64,000 bases of DNA from Pseudomonadales bacterium (GCA_019090315.1 JAHRWD010000014.1:66011-130010), one strand, 5' to 3'. Positions 37,865 to 47,706 are shown, counted from the first letter of the stretch. Numbers and translations are program-made. Notes: generated by a model not told the origin, from the sequence alone.

Positions 37865-40800
37865 CTAGGGCTGTTCTGTAAAACCACTATGCCAGATCTC
37901 GCCGTCAGCGGTGCCATCCAGCACCAGGTCTGAACCCCATTCGTCATCTTCGGTATAGATAATTACTTCACCGTCAACCGCGAACCAACTATCAACAAAA
38001 CTGACGGGAGACCCAATTTGGACTGCGACGATACTATCTGTCACGCTCCAGATTCCGGGCAGTACATCCGTCCCCTCGCTCTCTATGGAAGTAAAGGTCA
38101 GCGTTCCATCAACGTGAAAAACAACGGTTTCGCTCTCAGTAAAGCCTTCGTAAACCTCGGAATCAACCCAGGTAGTACCCGCAATGTCCTCAGTAGTAAT
38201 GGTATCCGCTCCACCGCAAGCCGCCACTACCGAGAGAAAATCGGTGTAGCTATTAAACGATGCAGGTTGGTCATTTACATCATCCCAGCCTGATTCATAA
38301 TCACAACCTAAAGCAGGCGCGCTGAAGTTATACAGCACATCCTGTGCAGCAATGTCGTTAAAGCTATACCTTTCAGCCGTAAGCTCTTCGTTACCGGGTG
38401 AATAACCACCTATTCGAACATAACCATCATGCTCGGTAAAAAACAGGTTTGTTTGCTCTCCAACATTCATACTGGCCCGTAACGCATCTGTTATTACCAC
38501 TACGTACAACGTTTTTCCGTTGACATCGCGCTCTTCCCAGGTAGTGCTTCCATCATGGATTGCAGAACCGTTTATATGTATTACGTAAAAGTTCGTGCTG
38601 CCATCATCGACCAGTTCAACTACGGTGGATATTCCTGATTCTCCAAAAAGCCGCAGTGCAGTAAGCTGAATTGCGCCACCTGGACCATCAATAGCACCTG
38701 CATTAGCTGCAGTCGCTACAGTAGCGCCACTCAGGGTGGCTACAAAACCATTAGTGTTCCAGTCTCCATCTCCCACAAATTGATACACTGCGTTGCATAA
38801 CCCATTGAAATCAGTCGGATTGTCGCAGCCATCCCCGTCTACCAGTTGATAAATCTCTTCAGAAAAGCTGTATGTGGCCCGATAGGCTTCTGCACCTTCA
38901 CTGAATACCGCATCACCCACCAGCTCTGAGAAGTCATAATCAACTCGTTCATCAACCAGATAGCCGGCAATGGTTTCGCCAGATAGATCAACGGCTGAAG
39001 CGCTAGTATGCTGACTAACGTAGGTCTCATCATTGGTGGTTTTAAGATCAACATCAATAGAACCATCTTCATTAACCGAGGTTACAGTCACGCTACCGTC
39101 AAATTCACTCCAGCCAGAGGCAGCTAATATCAGACCCTTTTTAAGGTTTAGCGGACGTTCCACTAACGTACCATCACTGCCTACATCTCCCGCTGTCTGA
39201 GTGGTACCTGTTACAGCATCATACGTTAAGGTACCCGCTTCAAAGCCCAGATATTCGCCTGTGCTGCTAAGACTCAGCTTGAAACCATTTGAGCCTCCTT
39301 CGGAGCTGATCAGGGTAGCTATGGATCCAGCAGGCAGACCGGTTTCTTCAGATTCACCGTAGTTATCGAAAATATTCTGCCATGCAGTGCCGTTGTATAC
39401 CCACTCTGCCTCGGTTCTTGTATTCCCGACAGGGTCAAGATCACCGGTGCGAACATACCCGTTGTATTCGGCCAAAATAAGTAGGTCACCCCCATCGATA
39501 TCAAACTGGCTGCGGATACTGGCCTCTAGAGAAAGCACGATAAGCTCCTCGCCATTCACGGTGCGCGTAATCCAGGTACCGGTTCCTATTTTGGTTGCAA
39601 AGCCCCAGAACTCATCAGGTTCATAGACATTAATAGCGCCATCTTCAACCAACTCAAAATGAGCATTACCTGCAGGTGTTCCATATGCAATAATTTTAAG
39701 TGAGCTACTATCTTCAGCAACCACTTCAGGATTAGCAGCGGTCTCGACGATTAAGGAGCTCAAGGTCGTTGCAAGCGAAAAAGCCCCACCCGAAAAATAG
39801 GATACGGTATTGCACATACCAGCGGTAGGTTCTTCACAGTCCCAATCCCGCAGTCTGTAGGACTCCTGTGTCGTTACAAACGTCAACTGATAAGCCTCAG
39901 CACCGGCACTGAACGTTGCATCGCCCACAATGGTTGTAGCATCAAATGGGCCATCTTCCGAGTTGATAAACGATGCAATTGGCTGACCAGATACGTCAAC
40001 TTTCAGTCCTGTCACCTGCTCCACACCAGAGCTGGAGCCATTCAAGATTTGAAAGTTAAAATCGACAGAACCATCAGAATTAACGGTTACGCTGATCGTT
40101 TCAGCATCTTCGATCACCCAGCCCGATGCGGTTAGCACCCGGTTCTGACGGGGTTCTGGAGTAAGAACAACCAGAGTACCGTCACTCTGTACCTCATATT
40201 CAATGTTTGTGGTTGTGTCGGTACCCGCATCGTAGGTGATGGTGCCAGTTTCAAGAGCCTCGAATTCACTGGTACCTTCATCCAGCTCAATCCATAACCA
40301 GTTGAGCCCGCCGGTTGATGATACCAGTGCTGCAATGTCTGCGATCACTGGATTCTCGTCGTTTTGTTGTTGCTCAACCTGATCATCAATATCTGTGGTA
40401 TCCATTTCTACATCATCTTCGACTACAGCGAAAACAGTAGCTGGATCAAATTCCTCCGCAGTATCATCATCAACCGCATCGGCGATCAGCTCGATATCAT
40501 CCACAACCCCTGCAATGACCAGCCTGAACAGCTTATCCGGGGTAGACTCAGCACTTTGTTCTACAGCGGCGCCTTCGGCGTCTTCAGAATTATTCGCGAT
40601 AACCTGAGTCGCAACCTGCGCGATCTCATGCAGGCGCTGATATTTCGCTGCCTCTGCTGGGTCGTCACTTTCTTCTTTGGCAACATAATCTTCCAGCAGC
40701 TCAGCATCCGTACCCAGTAGCGCCTGTATCGCTTCAACCGCATTTTCAACGCTGTAACCGTCTACATATCGGTTTTCTTCAATTTTAGCCTGTACCAGGG

Positions 40801-41194
40801 TGGTTAAGGGACTGACGAATTCAGAACCCGCTGGTGCGGTTAGGACAAAATCTTTGGCTACTGCTACGCCGGTATCTTTATCAATAGTATCACCCGCGGT
40901 AGCCTCCAGAATTACAGGGTTGCTGTCTATTTGATTCTGGGTCGCTTCAAGTGAAAATGCACCATCTTCGTCGGTGGTTGTGGTGGGCTCACCTGAATCA
41001 CAAGCCTTATTATCGTTCAGATCAAGACACACGGTTGCATTGATCAAATACCCATCCGCAGCCACGCCGGAATGAGTAGTGGTGGTACTGCCACCGCCAC
41101 CGCCACCACCGCTGCTGCTACTTCCGCAAGCGGTTATCAGCGCTGAACACAGCAGAACCATGGAACCTCTATAGAAATCATTTTTATTCATCAT
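37865..41194 (-). CDS. 1109-aa highly acidic surface/periplasmic lipoprotein with an internal ~330-aa tandem duplication
   Basis: The lipobox LITAC is followed by SSSSGGGGGGGS. An N-terminal DGYLINATVCLDLNDNKACDSGEPTTTTDEDGAFSL module follows, then repeat units at about nt 39335-40336 and 38330-39322. Confidence 0.7.
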   Translation of the reverse strand: MMNKNDFYRGSMVLLCSALITACGSSSSGGGGGGGSTTTTHSGVAADGYLINATVCLDLNDNKACDSGEPTTTTDEDGAFSLEATQNQIDSNPVILEATAGDTIDKDTGVAVAKDFVLTAPAGSEFVSPLTTLVQAKIEENRYVDGYSVENAVEAIQALLGTDAELLEDYVAKEESDDPAEAAKYQRLHEIAQVATQVIANNSEDAEGAAVEQSAESTPDKLFRLVIAGVVDDIELIADAVDDDTAEEFDPATVFAVVEDDVEMDTTDIDDQVEQQQNDENPVIADIAALVSSTGGLNWLWIELDEGTSEFEALETGTITYDAGTDTTTNIEYEVQSDGTLVVLTPEPRQNRVLTASGWVIEDAETISVTVNSDGSVDFNFQILNGSSSGVEQVTGLKVDVSGQPIASFINSEDGPFDATTIVGDATFSAGAEAYQLTFVTTQESYRLRDWDCEEPTAGMCNTVSYFSGGAFSLATTLSSLIVETAANPEVVAEDSSSLKIIAYGTPAGNAHFELVEDGAINVYEPDEFWGFATKIGTGTWITRTVNGEELIVLSLEASIRSQFDIDGGDLLILAEYNGYVRTGDLDPVGNTRTEAEWVYNGTAWQNIFDNYGESEETGLPAGSIATLISSEGGSNGFKLSLSSTGEYLGFEAGTLTYDAVTGTTQTAGDVGSDGTLVERPLNLKKGLILAASGWSEFDGSVTVTSVNEDGSIDVDLKTTNDETYVSQHTSASAVDLSGETIAGYLVDERVDYDFSELVGDAVFSEGAEAYRATYSFSEEIYQLVDGDGCDNPTDFNGLCNAVYQFVGDGDWNTNGFVATLSGATVATAANAGAIDGPGGAIQLTALRLFGESGISTVVELVDDGSTNFYVIHINGSAIHDGSTTWEERDVNGKTLYVVVITDALRASMNVGEQTNLFFTEHDGYVRIGGYSPGNEELTAERYSFNDIAAQDVLYNFSAPALGCDYESGWDDVNDQPASFNSYTDFLSVVAACGGADTITTEDIAGTTWVDSEVYEGFTESETVVFHVDGTLTFTSIESEGTDVLPGIWSVTDSIVAVQIGSPVSFVDSWFAVDGEVIIYTEDDEWGSDLVLDGTADGEIWHSGFTEQP

Positions 41195-41480
41195 CCTTAC
41201 CTTTTTGGTTGTCTGGAAAAAATCTAGATACCTATGTCAGTATCTATTCGTGACTACCGGTGCTCCAACATCAAACTCAAATTGCCAGCACTCTGCATTA
41301 GCCTATTGGCGCGCGGTAACGCTCATATTTCATACGGCGATGATACTAACCTGCATTACGTAACCGGCGCATCACCCATTTGGTGTAGACTAGAAAAAAA
41401 TGCCAAAAAACCGCCAGTATTAAGAAAAGTGAATAGGGGGAGAGCTACTTGAGCCCTACTTTCAAAAAAAATAATTTAAC

Positions 41481-42566
41481 TCAATCGGCGGCCAGCAAAT
41501 CAAACACTACAGAGTTTTTCTCGAGACCATTTACAATTACCGTTAGGTGATGCTGACCAGCATAATGAACCCGTGTACTACGCTGTTTGAAACTGTGTTT
41601 TTTAACGCAGTATTTAATATCACTGTTGATTGCCGACTCGGAAATCTTGAATACTTTCCTTGAATGTTTGCCGTTCGCTTTTAGAAAATCGATGGCATAT
41701 TCAATTCTTGTTTTTCCCAGGTCACCCGCCTCACTATTTAGCTCAAAGCTGAATTCTAGTGAGCCTCCTATAAAAACCTGCTCCCTCGATAATTCAATAT
41801 GGTGAACCTGGGATGATTGATGGGTAAACCCGAATAAAATTAATGCCTGCGGATCACCTTTTTTAAGAAGTGTTCTACTGCCATGTTTAACCAGCCAGTC
41901 GGTATCCGAGTGCATTCCAATCCAACGTGCCGCAACATCAAGGGTAATTTGGGGATTATCCTTAGCAATATCATTTAGGTTATTGGCGACACTACGCCTT
42001 ACATACAGACTTGGATCTTGTTTCAGATTTTCCAGAATGGGTAAAATTGCGTCCGGCGAGCGTTTGAATTCCGGCAATGCCATCGCCCAGGGTAGGCGAG
42101 GACGACATCCTTCTGTAGCAAGACGTCGGACGTGCTCATTATTATGCAGCGACCACTCCAACATCTGCGCCATCATTCGTTCGGAATCCTGAATAATAAA
42201 TGGCCGAACAGAAAATTCACTACTGGAAAACCGGGTGAAATATTCCAGCGCAGGTATCGATATTTCCCACTCATCCATTCCGTAGGTTTCGACAAAATCG
42301 GGGAAAAACATCGCTTCGAAGCCGCTAAATTCTGGCGCAACTTTTTTCAGTAGATCTATGCTCTCTGAATAATCCAGAGGGATATGCTGGTGTAAGCAAA
42401 CAGCAATATGGTGCATGCGATCTTTGAGTTCGCGAATTTCCCATTCTTTGTCAAAAACAGCCGTTTTGAATCCATTGCTGTTGAAGTCTGGATAGCTTCG
42501 AACCACCGCTCCGGCCAGATGCTCAGTATAGCGAAGCGAATAACGTTCCTTTAGTAATTCTGCCAT
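41481..42566 (-). CDS. DNA alkylation repair protein (AlkD/YhaZ-like HEAT-repeat family)
   Basis: The block NEHVRRLATEGCRPRLPWA and the size (361 aa) match the family as I recall it. Confidence 0.7.
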   Translation of the reverse strand: MAELLKERYSLRYTEHLAGAVVRSYPDFNSNGFKTAVFDKEWEIRELKDRMHHIAVCLHQHIPLDYSESIDLLKKVAPEFSGFEAMFFPDFVETYGMDEWEISIPALEYFTRFSSSEFSVRPFIIQDSERMMAQMLEWSLHNNEHVRRLATEGCRPRLPWAMALPEFKRSPDAILPILENLKQDPSLYVRRSVANNLNDIAKDNPQITLDVAARWIGMHSDTDWLVKHGSRTLLKKGDPQALILFGFTHQSSQVHHIELSREQVFIGGSLEFSFELNSEAGDLGKTRIEYAIDFLKANGKHSRKVFKISESAINSDIKYCVKKHSFKQRSTRVHYAGQHHLTVIVNGLEKNSVVFDLLAAD

Positions 42567-42771
42567 GTTCTGTTCCTTGCCGCGGCTGTATTCGCGTGTA
42601 AGTTTGAATAGATAATCCCGGTATGCACATAATTTTTATGCATTAATATTTGCAGGCCTGCCCTACCGAATTCCTTTCAATAACGATCCCGTTTTGGGCT
42701 ATTTTTTTGAGTTCTATCTCACCCATATGGTGTATAGTCGTTCGATTATATAAAACAGCTAAGCTCATAAT

Positions 42772-42793
42772 ACTCCGACAAGGTTGTCGGAGT
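42772..42793. promoter_or_regulatory. perfect 9-N4-9 palindrome upstream of the LuxR-fusion gene
   Basis: actccgaca-aggt-tgtcggagt ends 20 nt before the ATG at 42813. It is either an operator candidate or a 5'-UTR hairpin. Confidence 0.4.
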
Positions 42794-42812
42794 AATTGGT
42801 ACAGGGTCAGTT

Positions 42813-44555
42813 ATGCCGACAAAAAATGTCAAGGATAGACAAGTCGCTAGTGAAGATGTCTCCAGCCTGGTTTCGGCGCTATATGAAGCCGTACTGGAAC
42901 CGAATATCTCCTTAGGCCTTGCGGAGCAAGCCGACGATAGCAGCGCATTCACAGCGACCTCGGAATCACTTTTTGACTTTGCAGTGGTCGAACAAGCACT
43001 TCCTCATTTTGATCACGCGTTTGAACTTGCGGCGAACCGACATATTGCTAAAAAAGGCGCGGTGCGTCCTAGCACACTGTTCCGTGAACTACCCCTGCCT
43101 ATCTGTACTATCTCACATGATCTAACGCTGCTAAGCACCAACGACAAGGCCAGGATTATGTTACATGCCGATGCCCAACTGCCTCAATCAGCGCAACATG
43201 CACTGGCTATAGACCCGTTACTTAAAAAAGATATTCTCGATGCAGTGCAGTGCGCGACTAGCTCCCGGAAAAGCAAGATGCTCAACTGCGCTCGCGATTC
43301 TGGAATTACACAAACCATTTTGGTGGCTCCCACACCTGCAAGTACCACCGGCACTTCGGAGACTGAAGCATCTGCTGAAGTGCTTTTTCTGAATTTTGAA
43401 AGCAGTATTGATGAAGTCACCGGCGCACTAGTAGATATTTACGGGCTAACCCCATCCGAGGCACAGGTCACCGCATATCTTGCTCAGGGGCGCTCCCTTG
43501 ACGAGATCGCAGAGATAAAAGGCAGCTCCCTACACACCGTGCGCACTCAGATAAAATGTGCATACACAAAAACCGGCACATGTCGGCAAGGTCAACTGAT
43601 CTCCCTCGCGCTAAACGGGCCTGCAACCTGGCTTAATATTATCCAGAACAAAGATCCGCAGTCGCGTGAATCATCGGCCTCAAAAAGCGATGAAAAAAAG
43701 TTTAGATTGAACGATGGACGCATATTAGGCTACGGTGATTACGGACCAAAAAATGGTAAACCGGTCATCCTGTGCCATCGCCTGATCGGATCCAGAAAAG
43801 AAAAACCTGCCGATGGTGCCATATTGCATGAACTCGGCGTGCGCTTGATTGTGCCTGATCGTCCCGGTGTTGGATACTCATGCCCCGCTGAGGATCGCCC
43901 CCTGACGGATTGGGCGGACGACATTCAACAGCTATCGTTTCACCTGTCTATTGATCGCTTTTATGTAGCGGGAATATCTGCAGGTGGGCCATACGCTGCA
44001 GCCTGTGCCGCTCATTTAAGCGATCGGGTAATACGACTTGGGCTAATCGCTTCCCACATACCGGTTGATGAATTACCGCGAGGCGCAAAGATAAGTGGTC
44101 TGCAACGGATTGTCTGCTCCATGGCTCGGCACTCGCCGGCACCGCTTCAAAAAGTGATGGAGTTTCGTTATTCAAGTTTGTTCAACCATCCTGAAGATTC
44201 ATTGTCCCGATTCGAGCATGATGGCTGCGCGGCTGACAAACGGTTATTGCAATCTTCTGAGGTAAAACAAATTACGTTACAGAGCTTTGAGGATGCCGCG
44301 CTACTGCCCACAAGCGTTCTTCCAAAACAGTTGATTACTATTTCGCGCCCCTGGGGGTTTGAATTATCAAAAATAGTAGTACCCACAATAATCTGGCACG
44401 GAATACAGGATGATTATTGTTCGGCTAATCAGATTGCCGCAATCGCCAAATTGATTCCCAATTGTGAAGCATATATTAACGAAAATTGGGGGCATTATTT
44501 TCTCTACCATGAATGGCAGAACGTACTCGGCAAGCTTGTTGAGGATGACGGCTAA
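42813..44555 (+). CDS. three-part protein: N-terminal sensor-like region, LuxR/GerE HTH, and C-terminal alpha/beta hydrolase
   Basis: The HTH is YGLTPSEAQVTAYLAQGRSLDEIAEIKGSSLHTVRTQIKCAYTKTG (about nt 43440-43577). The nucleophile elbow GISAG has its Ser codon at 43977-43979. The hydrolase-like region runs from about aa 290 to 580. Confidence 0.7.
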   Translation: MPTKNVKDRQVASEDVSSLVSALYEAVLEPNISLGLAEQADDSSAFTATSESLFDFAVVEQALPHFDHAFELAANRHIAKKGAVRPSTLFRELPLPICTISHDLTLLSTNDKARIMLHADAQLPQSAQHALAIDPLLKKDILDAVQCATSSRKSKMLNCARDSGITQTILVAPTPASTTGTSETEASAEVLFLNFESSIDEVTGALVDIYGLTPSEAQVTAYLAQGRSLDEIAEIKGSSLHTVRTQIKCAYTKTGTCRQGQLISLALNGPATWLNIIQNKDPQSRESSASKSDEKKFRLNDGRILGYGDYGPKNGKPVILCHRLIGSRKEKPADGAILHELGVRLIVPDRPGVGYSCPAEDRPLTDWADDIQQLSFHLSIDRFYVAGISAGGPYAAACAAHLSDRVIRLGLIASHIPVDELPRGAKISGLQRIVCSMARHSPAPLQKVMEFRYSSLFNHPEDSLSRFEHDGCAADKRLLQSSEVKQITLQSFEDAALLPTSVLPKQLITISRPWGFELSKIVVPTIIWHGIQDDYCSANQIAAIAKLIPNCEAYINENWGHYFLYHEWQNVLGKLVEDDG

Positions 44556-44596
44556 GGGGTTTCATCTACCCTTTCGGCTCCGCTCAGGGAGCGGTT

Positions 44597-44630
44597 TGTT
44601 GTAGGTTGGAGATAGCTTACTAAGCCCAAC
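44597..44630 (+). repeat. REP-like element, copy 1
   Basis: ttgttgtaggttggagatagcttactaagcccaac, with internal gttgg/ccaac pairing. Confidence 0.6.
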
Positions 44631-44651
44631 ATCCGCAACTCCTCAGAGAGC

Positions 44652-44681
44652 GTTGGGCTTCATGCTTCAGCACCAACCTAC
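44652..44681 (-). repeat. REP-like element, copy 2 (inverted)
   Basis: gttgggcttcatgcttcagcaccaacctac is the reverse complement of the same gtaggttgg...aagcccaac unit. Confidence 0.6.
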
Positions 44682-44768
44682 CGGATAAGCAACTCAACCA
44701 ATGATTCAACCACTTTGGATTTATTATCCAGCATCCCGCAAATTCGAACCCCGTATTGTCACCCTCCG

Positions 44769-44801
44769 TTGTAGGTTGGCGCTGAGTTTACGAAGCCCAA
44801 C
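44769..44801 (+). repeat. REP-like element, copy 3
   Basis: ttgtaggttggcgctgagtttacgaagcccaac. Confidence 0.6.
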
Positions 44802-44897
44802 GGGCAGCGCCGGTAGACTAACAACCAGGTCTTCCATATAGTGCCGCCTCACCCATGTTTCAATCACCCTGTTTGAAACACCTCAAATAAGACAATC

Positions 44898-45749
44898 ATG
44901 AAACTATCCGGAAATATCAGAAAAATGATCGGCTCTCTACCGAGTCCGACTGAGCCCAGCCTGACCGAACAGCGCCCGATTGAATACCAGCTACCCATTG
45001 GTGAAAAAACGGTTCCGTTTAATCCGCTGATCGGAACGACCATCAAGCTGAGTGCCAGCGGTTTAATTAACTGTGTAGCCTGCGGCCGAAAAACCAATAA
45101 AAGCTTTAGCCAGGGTCACTGCTTTCCCTGTATGCGTTCACTGCCCCAGTGTGACAGCTGCATTATCAAGCCGGAGTTATGCCACTATGCTGAGGGCACA
45201 TGCCGGGATGAAAAATGGGGCGAGCAACATTGCCTACAGGATCATTTTGTCTATCTTGCCAATTCGTCGGGAATAAAAGTGGGTATTACCCGGGGTACAC
45301 AGGTACCCACTCGCTGGATTGATCAGGGAGCTAGTCAGGCACTACCGATATACCGTGTATCCAATCGCCTGTTGTCCGGTCGAATAGAGGTTGCGCTCAA
45401 GCAGCATGTATCCGATAAAACCGATTGGAGAAAAATGCTAAAGGGAAAACCGGAGCCGGTGGATTTGATTGCTCGGGCCGAGCAACTTGTTGAGGATTGC
45501 AAAGAGCAGATCTCAGCGGTTGAACAGGAGTTTGGAATTCAGAGCATATCCCGCTTGCACAATGATGCGATCACGGAACTTCACTTTCCTGTAGAAAGCT
45601 ATCCTGAAAAGGTGAAGTCCCTCAACTTCGATAAGACACCGGAGATCGAAGGAACACTCATGGGAATAAAGGGGCAGTATTTAATACTGGATACTGGCGT
45701 TCTAAATATTCGAAAATTTACCGGGTATCAGATTGAGCTAGTTTGCTAA
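44898..45749 (+). CDS. DUF2797-like zinc-ribbon protein
   Basis: Contains Cys clusters (CVACGRKTNKSFSQGHCFPC...CDSCIIKPELCHYAEGTCRDEKWGEQHC) and YLANSSGIKVGITR..PTRWIDQGA. The family is assigned from memory. Confidence 0.55.
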   Translation: MKLSGNIRKMIGSLPSPTEPSLTEQRPIEYQLPIGEKTVPFNPLIGTTIKLSASGLINCVACGRKTNKSFSQGHCFPCMRSLPQCDSCIIKPELCHYAEGTCRDEKWGEQHCLQDHFVYLANSSGIKVGITRGTQVPTRWIDQGASQALPIYRVSNRLLSGRIEVALKQHVSDKTDWRKMLKGKPEPVDLIARAEQLVEDCKEQISAVEQEFGIQSISRLHNDAITELHFPVESYPEKVKSLNFDKTPEIEGTLMGIKGQYLILDTGVLNIRKFTGYQIELVC

Positions 45750-46508
45750 CTCATTGCCCGAAGCAATATATTCAACAAAATCCCTAACATCGGTTTCAAT
45801 ACTTTTTTTAAACGCGATGATAGCTTCCTGTTTTCTACCCTGGGCCAGGCGGCGCTGACCCACATAAAACCATAACTCGCAGTATTGTTCATTTTGTGTG
45901 GATACGTTGGGATGGTAAGCCGCATCCTGTAATACCTGTTCAGTTATTTCGCCGTTTAGAAATGCCAATACCGCTAGCGGCCAACTTTTTAGAAATGGTT
46001 TTTTACTTTCATCACTGGTTTTAATCTGTATATGTGATGTTTCTGCCGCAACACCATATTTAAATAGCGATACCTTTTCCCATATCTGAGCATAGGTATT
46101 GTTGGGGTTTTGTTTGCGTACCGCTGCAAAATCCTCTGCTGCGGCTTTGTACTGACGCAACATATAATAGGACATACCACGATTGTAGTACCCGAACTCC
46201 ATGTCGGGTTCCAGAAATAGCGCATTATTGTAGCTCTGAATGGCTTTCAGGTATTCACCCTTGTCATATAGAGCGTTCCCGGAGTTGTAATAGAGCGGTG
46301 CAAATTCCGGATTGTGAACAGTTTCCTTAGTTTGCTCCTCAGGCGCGGGAACAATGGAGGGCGGGTTATCCAACGAATCTGAATAACCATTTCTGAGCGC
46401 CATGCCTTGCGTACTGATTAGGCCAGCCAACAGGCCTGCAACCACTGCCAATCTTCGTGCTGTTACCCGCTGTGAATAGTTGTGTCCGGCATGTCGCATA
46501 GCATTCAC
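45738..46508 (-). CDS. secreted tetratricopeptide-repeat protein
   Basis: Has a signal-like N-terminus and TPR units (YNSGNALYDKGEYLKAIQSYNNALFLEPD, YYNRGMSYYMLRQYKAAAEDF). Confidence 0.7.
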   Translation of the reverse strand: MNAMRHAGHNYSQRVTARRLAVVAGLLAGLISTQGMALRNGYSDSLDNPPSIVPAPEEQTKETVHNPEFAPLYYNSGNALYDKGEYLKAIQSYNNALFLEPDMEFGYYNRGMSYYMLRQYKAAAEDFAAVRKQNPNNTYAQIWEKVSLFKYGVAAETSHIQIKTSDESKKPFLKSWPLAVLAFLNGEITEQVLQDAAYHPNVSTQNEQYCELWFYVGQRRLAQGRKQEAIIAFKKSIETDVRDFVEYIASGNELAN

Positions 46509-46524
46509 CCTCCGAGGGGTTTCT

Positions 46525-47706
46525 CTATTTTTCGTTACAAATCAGTCTCACGTTAATAACGCCTTCTACTTCCGCAAGCAGATTTTCCAGCCCTTCTGGA
46601 GCTGTGCATTCAATATCAATCAGGTTATAGGCCACGTCATCACGGCTTTTATTGAGCATATCCACAACGTTTATATCCTGATCTGCTAACACTGACAATA
46701 CGTTACCCAATACCTTGGGAACATTGTGGTTGGAAAAAGCGATACGGCACGGGCTATTTCGCTCAAGGCGCAGATTGGGGAAATTTACCGAGTTACGGAT
46801 ATTTCCGTTCTCCAGAAAATCGATCAACTGGGTTGCTGCCATCACAGCACAGTTTTCCTCAGCTTCGTTGGTGCTGGCGCCAATGTGTGGCATCAGAATT
46901 ACGTTGTCGCGGCCCAACAGATCCGGATGAGGAAAATCGGTAACCAGTTGCCCAACCCTACCGCTCTCCAGGCCTTCAACAATCGCGGCAGTATTTACAA
47001 TGGTTTCGCGCGCAAAGTTGAGCAGCACAGAACCCTCTTTCATTGCCGCTACTGCATCGGCATTGATCATGTCACGGGTTGGTTCGATTGCCGGCACATG
47101 AAGTGAAATGAAATCTGCACGCGCCAGTAGCGATGGCAGGTTTTCCATTTTTTCGACCTGACTGGGCACGCGCCATGCGGCTTCAACCGATAGTGCCGGA
47201 TCAAACCCGACAACTTTCATGCCCATCTGCAATGCCATTTCGGTCACCATTGAGCCGATGGCACCAAGCCCTACAACACCGAGGGTCTTTCCGGCAATTT
47301 CACGACCACGAAAGCGCTTTTTTTCCTGCTCAAGCAGCTTGCCCATTGCAGCCGCATCACTCATATCGGTAAGGCTATTCACATAATTAATGCCCGGTAC
47401 GATACCGCGGGATGAAAGCAACAAACCGGTTAATACCAGCTCTTTTACGGCATTGGCATTGGCTCCGGGTGTATTAAAAACAGGTACACCTTTTTCAGTA
47501 CAGGCGCTCACCGGCACGTTATTCACCCCTGCCCCTGCCCGTGCAATTGCCTTTAGTTCCGGCGTGATATCTGCATCGGTTAATTTATGGCTACGCACCA
47601 AAATTGCATCGGGTTTACCGATCTCGCTGGCCAGTTCATATTGGTCCCGTGGAAATTGCTCCAGCCCTTTAATGGATATTTGGTTCAGGGTGCAAATTCG
47701 GTACAT
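46525..47706 (-). CDS. serA: D-3-phosphoglycerate dehydrogenase with a C-terminal ACT domain
   Basis: Has a 2-hydroxyacid dehydrogenase fold and the NAD motif VVGLGAIGS. The catalytic region is PHIGAST, and the regulatory C-terminal domain is about 70 aa. Confidence 0.8.
   Translation of the reverse strand: MYRICTLNQISIKGLEQFPRDQYELASEIGKPDAILVRSHKLTDADITPELKAIARAGAGVNNVPVSACTEKGVPVFNTPGANANAVKELVLTGLLLSSRGIVPGINYVNSLTDMSDAAAMGKLLEQEKKRFRGREIAGKTLGVVGLGAIGSMVTEMALQMGMKVVGFDPALSVEAAWRVPSQVEKMENLPSLLARADFISLHVPAIEPTRDMINADAVAAMKEGSVLLNFARETIVNTAAIVEGLESGRVGQLVTDFPHPDLLGRDNVILMPHIGASTNEAEENCAVMAATQLIDFLENGNIRNSVNFPNLRLERNSPCRIAFSNHNVPKVLGNVLSVLADQDINVVDMLNKSRDDVAYNLIDIECTAPEGLENLLAEVEGVINVRLICNEK

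Noticed and set aside
41084-41125. The Gly/Ser codon tract (SSSSGGGGGGGS) as a slipped-strand phase-variation site.
   Set aside because: The codons are mixed (ggt/ggc/gga-type on the coding strand) rather than a pure short tandem repeat, and any length change would stay in-frame. It is more simply a lipoprotein linker.
44597-44801. Possible CRISPR array.
   Set aside because: There are only three copies and one is inverted. The units are themselves hairpins, the spacing is irregular, and no cas genes are present. A REP-like element is the better explanation.
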